Shown piece after piece: positions 6,667 through 15,330 of a stretch of 43,347 bases of DNA (the first letter of the stretch is position 1; each line of letters begins with the position of its first letter). Below the pieces are notes generated by a model that made no database searches, was not told the DNA's origin, and saw only the letters and a program-made list of their open reading frames with translations. The stretch spans positions 1-43,347 of the IMG/VR virus record IMGVR_UViG_3300022231_000013, one strand, 5' to 3'. The position numbers were made by a program, and so were the translations under genes. Source of the stretch: a virus.

Positions 6667-8513
6667 TTAAAACAGGCGTCATCGACCCCGAGTTGGCCCT
6701 CCGTATCGTCCGTGAAGACCCCGTAATGGCTTACGACACGGAAACAACCGGCCTCACCGCCCGCGATCTGATCTGCGGGTACGTCTTCACTAATTGGGAG
6801 TTTTCGGTATATGTGCCAGTTCGACACGAAATGGGAGGAAATATCCCGAACCCGAGCGATTTCGAGGCTGCGTTGGCAGAGGCGTTCATGGAACGCCATC
6901 GTCTGGGCTACCGTACTGTTGGTCACCATCTTGGGTTCGACCTTCGTGCTTCCCTCCGACACGGTATTCGCATTCTCGGCCCCTGCGAAGACACACAAAT
7001 CAACGAAAGCCTCATCAACGATCGAACTGTCGGCTATTCCCTCGACGAGTGCGCTCAAAGACGCGGTGTCACGGCGAAAAAGGGCGATGCAATGTACCGT
7101 GCGATCGCCGCTCGGTTCGGGGGTCTTCCCGACAAGAAGTCGATGGCCAACTTCTGGCGCATGCCGGGGGACCAATTTGAAACCGTAGACTACGCTACGG
7201 GCGACGGTGTTTCGACGCTGGAACTGTGGCAGGTCCAGCAAAAAATCCTCGACGAGGAAGAACTACGTGTTCCGTGGCAACTGGAGTGCGATCTGCTGCC
7301 ATACGTCGCCCGCATCCACAACCGTGGAATCAAGATCGACAAAAATTACGCCGAAAAAGCGAAGTCCGACATCAAGGGCAGCATCGACGAAGCCAAGTCG
7401 AAATTTCCGCCCGGCTTCAACGTTCGATCGACCAGCGAGGTTTACGAACTATACAGGCAGAACGGATACACCGATGATCAATTCGCCCGCACTGAACCGA
7501 CTGCGAAGCACCCACAAGGCCAAGTTAGCTTCCGAGAAAAGTGGCTCGAAAAGAACGCTATCGGTAAAGCTATCCTTTCGGTGCGACAACTCGAAAAAGC
7601 AGAGTCGTCTTTTATTGCCCCGCTCGTCGAAACCCAAAACATCAACGGACGGGTTCATCCCGTTCTGCACCAGTCCAAGGGCGACGACTACGGCGTTGCT
7701 GGCGCTCGTTTTTCGTGCTCTGATCCGAACATGCAAGCGTATCCGAAACGCAACAAGGTTATCGGCAAGGTAGTTAGGCCGCACGTCATACCCGATGATG
7801 GTATGGTAATTGAAGAAGCAGATGCGATGCAGCAGGAGCCGCGCTTCTTCACCCACTATTCCCAAGACAAGGCGCTTCTTGAAGGCTATCGATCGGGCAC
7901 GATGGACATTCACGACCGGGCGTCTGAGGTTCTCGGCCTAGACCGAGACTACGCCAAGCGTCTAGGTCTCGGGATGCTTACGATGATGTCACCGCCTACT
8001 CTGGCGATGCATATGGATTACAGCATCGACGAAGCACGGCGCGACCACAAAGCGTTCTTGACGGAGGCTTTCCCTGACATCAAAAAGTTCCAGGACTTGG
8101 CGGTCGGGGTGTATAAGAAACGGGGCTTCGTCAAGTCTATTCTCGGGCGCAAAGCTCGCTGCGAAGACCCACGGTTCGCCTACCAAGCCGTGTCGCGCAT
8201 CATTCAAAACGGCGGCGGCGACCACCTCAAGGTTTGCTTGCTTCGGGCTTGCCAGTTCGAGGACGCGCATCCCGACGTCATTCAGTTGCTTCTAACCATC
8301 CACGATTCGCTCATCTGGCAGCGAGACCCCGGTGCCTTGAAGCAGCTCAAGGAGCTGATCGCCATCATCGAAAACGTGCCGCACGAGCCGCAATTCAACC
8401 TTTCGGTGCCGATCCCATTCGAGCTAGGTTCCGGCCTTCATTGGGCCGAAGCATCATATGGCGCGAAGCTCAAAGACAAGAAAGGGTGGGTCGGTGAACT
8501 CGCGAATATTTAA
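6663..8513 (+). CDS. family-A DNA polymerase with 3'-5' exonuclease (616 aa); candidate DpoZ-type enzyme
   Basis: Exo I AYDTETTGL. Motif A EADAMQQEPR. Motif B RDYAKRLGLGMLTMMS. Motif C LLLTIHDSLIW. C-terminal VPIPFELGSGLHWAEA matches Klenow VPLLVEVGSGENWDQA. Confidence 0.9.
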   Translation: MIKTGVIDPELALRIVREDPVMAYDTETTGLTARDLICGYVFTNWEFSVYVPVRHEMGGNIPNPSDFEAALAEAFMERHRLGYRTVGHHLGFDLRASLRHGIRILGPCEDTQINESLINDRTVGYSLDECAQRRGVTAKKGDAMYRAIAARFGGLPDKKSMANFWRMPGDQFETVDYATGDGVSTLELWQVQQKILDEEELRVPWQLECDLLPYVARIHNRGIKIDKNYAEKAKSDIKGSIDEAKSKFPPGFNVRSTSEVYELYRQNGYTDDQFARTEPTAKHPQGQVSFREKWLEKNAIGKAILSVRQLEKAESSFIAPLVETQNINGRVHPVLHQSKGDDYGVAGARFSCSDPNMQAYPKRNKVIGKVVRPHVIPDDGMVIEEADAMQQEPRFFTHYSQDKALLEGYRSGTMDIHDRASEVLGLDRDYAKRLGLGMLTMMSPPTLAMHMDYSIDEARRDHKAFLTEAFPDIKKFQDLAVGVYKKRGFVKSILGRKARCEDPRFAYQAVSRIIQNGGGDHLKVCLLRACQFEDAHPDVIQLLLTIHDSLIWQRDPGALKQLKELIAIIENVPHEPQFNLSVPIPFELGSGLHWAEASYGAKLKDKKGWVGELANI

Positions 8514-8856
8514 CGAGCAACTCGCCGCCGTCGCTGGCCGCACGGAAGAAATGCACATGGAGCAAAGCTCCACAAGGCAATCAGGCAGGACGTACCGCAG
8601 CGTTATTCGGGCGCTCCTGTGGGCGTCAGCGCACCCTAACAAACGGGTGATGTATGCGACGTACACCAATGAACACGCTATACAGGCGTTCCGCATGGCC
8701 TGTGACCTTACTGCCGGTATAGACGGCAGACGTGCGCAGGCACAGGAACGCACCATAACACTGCCCAATCGCAGCGTAGTCGTGTTCCGGTCAAGCCGGG
8801 ACACCGGGTATGCGGTTGGAACTAAGTTCACTCATCTAGTAAAGGATGCAGAATAA
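8494..8856 (+). CDS. hypothetical protein (about 120 aa; start uncertain, GTG 8494 or ATG 8551)
   Basis: The track ORF 8458-8856 overlaps the polymerase 3' end. GTG at 8494 follows AAGGG. No clear motif. Confidence 0.5.
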   Translation: MNSRIFNEQLAAVAGRTEEMHMEQSSTRQSGRTYRSVIRALLWASAHPNKRVMYATYTNEHAIQAFRMACDLTAGIDGRRAQAQERTITLPNRSVVVFRSSRDTGYAVGTKFTHLVKDAE

Positions 8857-9065
8857 TGGGGTACAGACGCGACGAAGGAGAGGTGGTAATCACCGGGCGG
8901 ATTGAACACGCTACGGCGAAAGCTTACCTCATCGACACGCCGAACACGCGGGAGCCGATATGGCTACCCAAATCCCAGATAGTTGCGCAGACGCAGGTCG
9001 GCGAAGACGAATGGGAGTTCACCATCACCGAATGGATCGCCAAGCAGAACGGCATCCCGACGTGA
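8856..9065 (+). CDS. hypothetical protein (69 aa)
   Basis: TAATG overlap with the upstream gene; ORF track. Confidence 0.6.
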   Translation: MGYRRDEGEVVITGRIEHATAKAYLIDTPNTREPIWLPKSQIVAQTQVGEDEWEFTITEWIAKQNGIPT

Positions 9066-9168
9066 AGTACGTGTCGGGGTGGCGTATTTGGCGTTGCCGC
9101 ATCGGTCGCATCCGGCTCAAACCGGGTGCGACGTTGGTGTGCGAAGAGGATTGTGGGAGCTTTTTCTG

Positions 9169-9580
9169 ATGGGTATCCGGAAATCTGAGGCCGAGTACAA
9201 AGGTGAGATGCGCGACGAAATCAACAGCGAGGGCGGGTTCGCTACGAGCATTGAGGACCAATATCGCGTGGGGATTCCCCGATCTTATACTTTGTATGCC
9301 GCAGACGGGAATCATTATCGCCGAGGCTAAGGTTTTCGATGGTAACATATTCCGGCCCCGATCGCGTCAATACATCGAAATGTGCCGTATCGAGGACGGC
9401 GGTGGGAAGACTGTTCTGATAGGGGTTAAGAACGATAAGCACTACTTGCACAGCCTGCTAAGGGATGATATACTTAGGGGTACGGTGCACAAGGACGACT
9501 GCATCGTACAGGATGACGATGAGTCATTCGTAGGAGTTTTCTTAAGATGGTTCAAGGAGACCAAAAATGAACGACAGTGA
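9169..9580 (+). CDS. PD-(D/E)XK nuclease (VRR-NUC / endonuclease-I-like) with an apparent +1 frameshift at CCCC 9277-9280; join(9169..9279,9281..9580), 136 aa
   Basis: Frame A reads MGIRKSEAEYKGEMRDEINSEGGFATSIEDQYRVGIP. Frame B continues DLILCMPQTGIIIAEAKV. Joined, they restore the nuclease motif GxPD...(E)xK. Neither frame alone contains the full motif. Confidence 0.6.
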
Positions 9581-10028
9581 CCACCGAAAAACCGCCAGCC
9601 ACGTGTTGCACACGGCCCATAAGGTCGTGACCACCGAAAGGGGGAACCAGCATGGCGGCGCGGAAGATAGCTTCCAGATGATCGGCGACCTGTGGGGCAC
9701 GTATCTGAGCAACACGAAGGACAACCAGGGTGCACAGCAGCGCATCCGGGTCACCGCCTACGACGTTGCGCAGATGATGGTCCTGCTCAAGATCGCCCGC
9801 GCAACACACGGCGACCCGCTCAACGATGATCATTACATCGACGCGGCGGGGTATACCGGCCTTGCGGCGGCGATCGCCGGGGTGAAGACGCCGGAGCAGA
9901 AGGCTGAGGCCGAAACCACCAAAGCTCTCGCCAAGGCGTTTTCGCCCGCCACCGAGCGTGCCGAAGCCAACGAGGGCCGCATCCCGGTTCAGAAGCCGGT
10001 ACTTCCCCGCAATCCGGAGCAGGTATAA
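9567..10028 (+). CDS. conserved phage protein (153 aa), DUF6378-like pattern
   Basis: Pattern ERGNQHGGAEDSF..IGDLWGTYL...YDVAQMMVLLKIARATHG...DDHYIDAAGYTGLAA. Its stop overlaps the purZ start (TAATG). Confidence 0.7.
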   Translation: MNDSDHRKTASHVLHTAHKVVTTERGNQHGGAEDSFQMIGDLWGTYLSNTKDNQGAQQRIRVTAYDVAQMMVLLKIARATHGDPLNDDHYIDAAGYTGLAAAIAGVKTPEQKAEAETTKALAKAFSPATERAEANEGRIPVQKPVLPRNPEQV

Positions 10029-11095
10029 TGGGACATTTCGACATGCGCCTTTTCGGTGACTACGGCATCCACGCTATCGCAGATGGCCAATTCGGTTCCA
10101 CCGGCAAGGGCGTCCTTGCTGCGTGGTTGGCTGCTCGTGCTGTCGAGCAGGACATTGACTTCCGGGCTTGCGTAAGCAACGCTGGCCCGAACTCCGGTCA
10201 CACGTTCTATCACAACGGCGAAAAACACGTGCTCAAGCAGCTGCCCACTTTCGCCGTGGCCGCGCATCTGCTCGGCATGGACATGCCCGTATTCCTTACA
10301 GCGGGGGCGGTGATCGACCCGGAAATTCTGTGGGCAGAGTGCGCCCGCTATCCGGGTGTGCAGGTGTTCGTCAACAACATGGCGTCGGTGATCACGCCGG
10401 AGGACAAACATTCCGAGGCTGACCCGGCTGGCAGCATAGCTGCAGTAGCCGGGACCCGCAGCGGCACCGGAATGGCCCAAGCGAACAAGATCATGCGCCA
10501 CCCGCGCGCTGTTTTCCGAAACATCGACCCGGCCCGCTTCCCCGCCAATCTGACGGCTTACACCAAGTGGGACCCGCTGATGACGGTGGACTGCGTCTAT
10601 TCGGGATGCACGTTCATGGAAATCAGCCAGGGTTTCTCGCTCGGCATCAATTCGGAGTTTTATCCGAAAGTAACGAGCCGGGAATGCACGGTGATGCAGG
10701 GCCTCGCTGATGCGCGGCTTCCGGCACGCGCTCTCACCCGGTCCTACCTTTCGATGCGGACTTATCCGATCCGGGTCGGCAACGTCGACGGTCATTCGTC
10801 TGGAGATTGCTACGACGATCAGGAAGAGATTTCGTGGGACAGCATCGGTCAGAAGCCGGAACTTACCACGGTGACGCAGCGGGAGCGTCGTCTCTTCACG
10901 TTCTCCCGCAAACAGGCTGAGGAAGCTATCGTCGCCAACGATCCTGATTTCGTCTTCCTGAACTTCATGAACTACCTCAACGAAAACGGGCAGGCATCGC
11001 TGCTTGGCCTTTTCGACGGGTTGAAGGACATCGGCGGGCGACAGTTCCAGATGATCCTCGGTAACGGCCCGACCAGCGACGACGTGGTGTTCTGA
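10028..11095 (+). CDS. purZ: PurZ, adenylosuccinate-synthetase homologue making N6-succino-2-amino-dAMP (355 aa)
   Basis: PurA motifs are conserved (AGPNSGHT, VAGTRSGTGMAQANK, MEISQGFSLG, YPKVTSRE, TTVTQRERR). The P-loop reads DGQFGSTGKG, with Ser in place of the PurA catalytic Asp. Confidence 0.8.
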   Translation: MGHFDMRLFGDYGIHAIADGQFGSTGKGVLAAWLAARAVEQDIDFRACVSNAGPNSGHTFYHNGEKHVLKQLPTFAVAAHLLGMDMPVFLTAGAVIDPEILWAECARYPGVQVFVNNMASVITPEDKHSEADPAGSIAAVAGTRSGTGMAQANKIMRHPRAVFRNIDPARFPANLTAYTKWDPLMTVDCVYSGCTFMEISQGFSLGINSEFYPKVTSRECTVMQGLADARLPARALTRSYLSMRTYPIRVGNVDGHSSGDCYDDQEEISWDSIGQKPELTTVTQRERRLFTFSRKQAEEAIVANDPDFVFLNFMNYLNENGQASLLGLFDGLKDIGGRQFQMILGNGPTSDDVVF

Positions 11096-11433
11096 TGGCA
11101 GACCGCATGGACGCGTTCAAAGAAATGGGGGCGTCGACACCGACGCCCTTCTTCAAATTCACCGTGTCGCTGGAAGGCGACATGGCCAAGTACGGCCCGG
11201 ACATTCGTCGCTTCGTCGACACGATGACGTACAAGCTGGAGAAAAATGTCCACAAGGGTAAGTGGGAAGACTTGGACATGACCACTGCTTTCCGGCGACT
11301 GATGGACGAAACTGAGGAACTGCGCCACGAAGTGGTCAATGGGAGCAACACCCTAAAGGTGATGCTTGAAGCCGCCGACGTCGCCAACTTCGCACTCATC
11401 ATTGCCGCCATGGCGATCGAGGGACGGAAATGA
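11095..11433 (+). CDS. mazZ: MazG-like nucleotide pyrophosphohydrolase (112 aa), MazZ candidate
   Basis: All-alpha MazG signature LMDETEELRHE ... MLEAADVANFALII. TGATG overlap with purZ and ATGA overlap with the next gene. Confidence 0.7.
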   Translation: MADRMDAFKEMGASTPTPFFKFTVSLEGDMAKYGPDIRRFVDTMTYKLEKNVHKGKWEDLDMTTAFRRLMDETEELRHEVVNGSNTLKVMLEAADVANFALIIAAMAIEGRK

Positions 11434-12005
11434 ACAAACACGAAAAAATTTGGAGCGAGTACGACGCTCGCCTTTCGGTGGTTCAACGTTGGGGCATCGC
11501 CCCGACCATCCAGAAGCAGAGCGTGGCGGAACACTGCTTCAACGTCGAAAGGATAGCCATCCGCATCGCCAAGGAATGGTTCGACATCGGCGGTCCGACG
11601 ACGGGCGACGGCTGGAAGTGGGAAATCGTCAAGTGGGCGCACCACCATGACGATCTTGAGGCCCTGATGGGTGATCCGCCGACTATGTCCAAGCCGTATT
11701 TCCTTGAGAAGGAAATGGCTGAGGATCATCAGGACCTTATTCCGCTTCGGGAGCCGCTCAACGCCGAAATAAAGGCGATCGTGAAACTGGCCGACCTGTT
11801 AGAAGGGTTCCGATTCCTGTGTATGGAACGCGCTCTCGGCAACTATTTTCTCGACGCCCATTGGGAAAACTACTTCACCGAAATAGAAAATCATATTCGC
11901 GCTTCCTGGCCCGATAAAGTGTCGTTTGTTTGGACCCGCGCCCACTCCTTCATGAATTATCTTTCGGCAATGAAATCCAAGCGTGAATCGCGGAGGGGGC
12001 GCTAA
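11430..12005 (+). CDS. datZ: HD-domain dNTP phosphohydrolase (191 aa), DatZ candidate
   Basis: HD-superfamily residues VAEHCFNV ... KWAHHHDDLEALMGD ... ; sits immediately after mazZ. Confidence 0.7.
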   Translation: MNKHEKIWSEYDARLSVVQRWGIAPTIQKQSVAEHCFNVERIAIRIAKEWFDIGGPTTGDGWKWEIVKWAHHHDDLEALMGDPPTMSKPYFLEKEMAEDHQDLIPLREPLNAEIKAIVKLADLLEGFRFLCMERALGNYFLDAHWENYFTEIENHIRASWPDKVSFVWTRAHSFMNYLSAMKSKRESRRGR

Positions 12006-13402
12006 TGTGGGAACCAAAAGGCGCACAGGTTGAAGCGTTGAAACGAAGCCGCGACAAACGCGGCTTCGGCTATTTTATGGAGCAGGGTCTTGGAAAGACT
12101 ACTACTACCTACGCTGATTTTCTGGACCACGGTCAACGCGGTTTTGTTGATCGCATGGTTACGCTCGCACCTAACTCTTTTAAAGGGGGCTGGGCGGATG
12201 AAGTCGACAAATTCGGGTTCCCTATTACTCCTATCGTCTTTGAATCAGGGAATACTTCTCATCTTAGTTCTTTGTTTAAGCGCGGGTTTAACACTCGTCC
12301 AAATCTTATCGTGAATTACGAGGCAATCCGCAGCGAAAGTACGCGCGACATCATTCGGGATTTTATTCGTGGGCGGGATTGTTATATCGCCGCCGACGAG
12401 AGCATCAAGCTCAAAGACCACGACAGTGCGCAGACCAAAGCTGCCCTGGAACTGTCCAAAGAATTCGCTTTCAGCCGCATCCTTTCGGGGAAGCCGATCA
12501 GCCAAGGTCCACATGACCTGTGGGCGCAGATGCGGTTCATCAAGCAACTGAACGGTAAGACGTTTTACCCGTTCAAGTCGGCGTTCTGTAAGATGGGCGG
12601 CTTCAAAATGAAGCAGGTCGTCGGAGCGCAGAACGAGGAAATCCTGGCCGAACTTATCGATCCGCACGTATTCCGCGCCACCAAGGCCGAGTGGACCGAC
12701 CTACCACCCAAGGTGTACACCACCCGCGAATATTCCATGACGCCGGAGCAGCGCAATCTGTACCGGCAGATGGAAGAAGAATTCGTTATTTGGCTCGGAG
12801 ACGGCGAACACGTCGCGGTCGATCAGGCTATTACGAAGTACATTAAACTAGCCCAAATCCAGGCTGGTTTCATCATCGACGGGGAAGGGAACACACGTAT
12901 CCTCGTCGACCCGGCGAAAAACCCACGCCTGAACGTTTTAGAAGACATCATCCGCGACGAAATCGTCGGCAAGGTTTCGGTGGTTTACAACCACAAGGTT
13001 GTTCGACCGATGCTCTACGAGCGGTTCGCGAAGTACAACCCGACCCATATTAGTGGGGGAATGACGCCGCAGGAAATTGAGGACAATAAGAGGAAGTTCA
13101 ACAATGACCCGACGTGTCGTATTATATTCCTCACAAAAGCGGCTAAGTATGGGCATACTCTATTGGGAGGACCAGAACCTCAAAACCATTGTTCGACGCA
13201 GATATTTTATGAGAACACGTATTCCCTTGACGACCGAAGCCAGATCGAAGATCGAAGTCATCGTTACGGCCAGCTTGGCGAATCAATGTCTTATTACGAT
13301 ATAGTCGGAACCCCGCTCGACAAAGCGGCGACGAAAGCACTGCAGCGAAAAGAAGGCGTGTTCCAATCCGTCTTCAAAAACATAGGGAAGCACAGACTAT
13401 GA
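12005..13402 (+). CDS. SNF2-family helicase/ATPase (465 aa)
   Basis: Motif I EQGLGKTTTT, motif II AADESIKLKD, motif VI QIEDRSHRYGQ. TAATG overlap with datZ. Visibly more A/T-rich than its neighbours. Confidence 0.85.
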   Translation: MWEPKGAQVEALKRSRDKRGFGYFMEQGLGKTTTTYADFLDHGQRGFVDRMVTLAPNSFKGGWADEVDKFGFPITPIVFESGNTSHLSSLFKRGFNTRPNLIVNYEAIRSESTRDIIRDFIRGRDCYIAADESIKLKDHDSAQTKAALELSKEFAFSRILSGKPISQGPHDLWAQMRFIKQLNGKTFYPFKSAFCKMGGFKMKQVVGAQNEEILAELIDPHVFRATKAEWTDLPPKVYTTREYSMTPEQRNLYRQMEEEFVIWLGDGEHVAVDQAITKYIKLAQIQAGFIIDGEGNTRILVDPAKNPRLNVLEDIIRDEIVGKVSVVYNHKVVRPMLYERFAKYNPTHISGGMTPQEIEDNKRKFNNDPTCRIIFLTKAAKYGHTLLGGPEPQNHCSTQIFYENTYSLDDRSQIEDRSHRYGQLGESMSYYDIVGTPLDKAATKALQRKEGVFQSVFKNIGKHRL

Positions 13403-13650
13403 ACATGGCCCATATCCTCCTCGCACTGTTTGCGCTTCTGAGCGTCGTTATGGTCAACGCTACGGTGCGAGGAGGCGGAACATTGATAGACCTGCTGGCG
13501 GTGTCAGCGTTCCTTATTCTTGTTGGCTTCTTCGCCCTCAAGCCCCAAAAGGGTCATAAGACGGCGGAGTTCAGCACGCGTAGTTGGTCCTACCGCGTCG
13601 GAGCCGCCCTTGGCCGCTTTCTTGCCACCGCGCGCAATAAGATCAAGTAG
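13399..13650 (+). CDS. small two-TM membrane protein (83 aa)
   Basis: ATGA overlap with the helicase stop. Hydrophobic segments ILLALFALLSVVMV and LIDLLAVSAFLILVGFFAL. The 3' part overlaps the convergent 608-aa gene. Confidence 0.45.
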   Translation: MNMAHILLALFALLSVVMVNATVRGGGTLIDLLAVSAFLILVGFFALKPQKGHKTAEFSTRSWSYRVGAALGRFLATARNKIK

Positions 13651-15330
13651 TTCCTCGACCTGCTTGTCGGTGGACCTTTCAGCGATTTTGGAGAGGACAC
13701 CAGATGCCCCCTCCTTCACAGCAAGCAACCCGATGGGAGCGCCGCCGACAGCGTAAGCGCCGCCACCAAGCAAGTTACCAATACCGGCACCCATAACAGC
13801 GCCCATTGCTTGACCGCCGACGCCGCGAGCTACCTTAGCGGCTCCACGCGCAATGTTGCCGCCAGTTGTACCTTTTACTATGCCCTCCATCGACTCAATT
13901 TCGTCGGGGGTGAACCCCATCGCTTTCTTATCGTTATTGAGTATCGACTTGACACGACCGCGAATAACTTGGCTCGGGTCGGCGCTGGCATTGGAATCAA
14001 TGGTGCGCTCACCTTTCTTGATTTCTTTGCCCATTTCTTCGAGCTTGATCTTGCGGCGGGCCACCTTGCGGGTTTCGTAGACATCGTTAACGGCATCCTC
14101 CACGTTAACGTTCGCTCCAGCTTTAATGTCCGCAGCCGTCAGTTTTTCGGCGAAGTCGTCGATGGTGCTTACTGCATCGTTACCGAAAACACGCTCGACC
14201 GGATCGTCCTTGGTAGAACGTCGTATTGCTTTTCGGTGTTCCTCCAAATCGTACAGCGACATCCCCCGATCAGGCCGGGTGTCGAATTTCGTCGTGTCGC
14301 GGTCGATACGGCCTTTCGCCTGCCGATCGACGCGTCGGGATTTTGGCTTGCCCCCGTTGATCGACGTTGTGCTATCGACAAGGGAATCAGTGTTGGATAC
14401 AGTGCGAGACGACTTACGAACAGGGTCCTTAATGCTTGGAGTGTAATCCTGCAAAGCGTCGAGTTCGCCGTAAATTTTGGGGTGGGAACCCCTGCGAGCG
14501 CCACCCGCCGAGTTTGCAATGTCCCGCTGCAGGTTTTCGTTAAGCTGGGACACCGCTTCTGGTCGGAGTTCCACTCCACTGTTTTCGAGGCGGTCGTATC
14601 CGGCTTTGGTTTGTGCAGCCAATTCATCCAACGTCGGCGCAGCCGCGTTAGCTCCACGAGCGGCAAGCCAGTTGCCGAGCGAGGAAATAGCTTCACTGCC
14701 TGCTCCACCAAGCGCACCGAAAAGGAGGCCTTCATTCACTCCCTCTTGGATGGGTCTGTCTTCGGCAGCGGCCTGAGCAGCACCGTAGGCGGAACCCTCA
14801 GCAGCCCCTACGGCAGCACCACCTGCCAGCCTGCCAGCCAGCGGCAGGGACTGCGGAACACCGCCCGCTAGGGCCTGTCCGACGTTGCCGATTACCGGAA
14901 GGCTTTTGGGGATAGCTTTGAGGGCTTCGAGTCCCACTTTCGACGCGGCGTTGCCCGTAACCATACCGCCTACGACTTCGGCAGGAAGAGCAGCGGAACC
15001 AGCACGTTCGCTCGCGTCAGCGGTAAGGCCCCGCTGGCGTTCCAGTTCCTTGTCGTAATCGCCACCCTGCAGAGTACTGAGAGCCAACGCCGAAAGCTTG
15101 TCGCCCCAACCCAGGGTCAAACCCTTGTTGGCAAGGCGGAGCACGTCGGAAGCTGCAGTACCGGCTTTCTGATACCACGGCATTTCGTCGTATTCAGCCT
15201 TGACGTCGCGCTTGGGGGCGGCTTCGGGCTTGAAATTACGAATTTCGTCGGCAAACAACGCCGCTGCTTCGGTGTCGCCCGCAGCGTCAGCTTCATCGAG
15301 TGCCCGGTAGAGTTCGTCAAGGGTAGCCAT
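13504..15330 (-). CDS. internal virion / ejection protein (608 aa), Gly/Ala-rich C-terminal hydrophobic region
   Basis: Last gene of the structural operon. TAATG overlap with the upstream gene. Composition and position resemble podovirus ejection proteins. Confidence 0.7.
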   Translation of the reverse strand: MATLDELYRALDEADAAGDTEAAALFADEIRNFKPEAAPKRDVKAEYDEMPWYQKAGTAASDVLRLANKGLTLGWGDKLSALALSTLQGGDYDKELERQRGLTADASERAGSAALPAEVVGGMVTGNAASKVGLEALKAIPKSLPVIGNVGQALAGGVPQSLPLAGRLAGGAAVGAAEGSAYGAAQAAAEDRPIQEGVNEGLLFGALGGAGSEAISSLGNWLAARGANAAAPTLDELAAQTKAGYDRLENSGVELRPEAVSQLNENLQRDIANSAGGARRGSHPKIYGELDALQDYTPSIKDPVRKSSRTVSNTDSLVDSTTSINGGKPKSRRVDRQAKGRIDRDTTKFDTRPDRGMSLYDLEEHRKAIRRSTKDDPVERVFGNDAVSTIDDFAEKLTAADIKAGANVNVEDAVNDVYETRKVARRKIKLEEMGKEIKKGERTIDSNASADPSQVIRGRVKSILNNDKKAMGFTPDEIESMEGIVKGTTGGNIARGAAKVARGVGGQAMGAVMGAGIGNLLGGGAYAVGGAPIGLLAVKEGASGVLSKIAERSTDKQVEELLDLIARGGKKAAKGGSDAVGPTTRAELRRLMTLLGLEGEEANKNKER

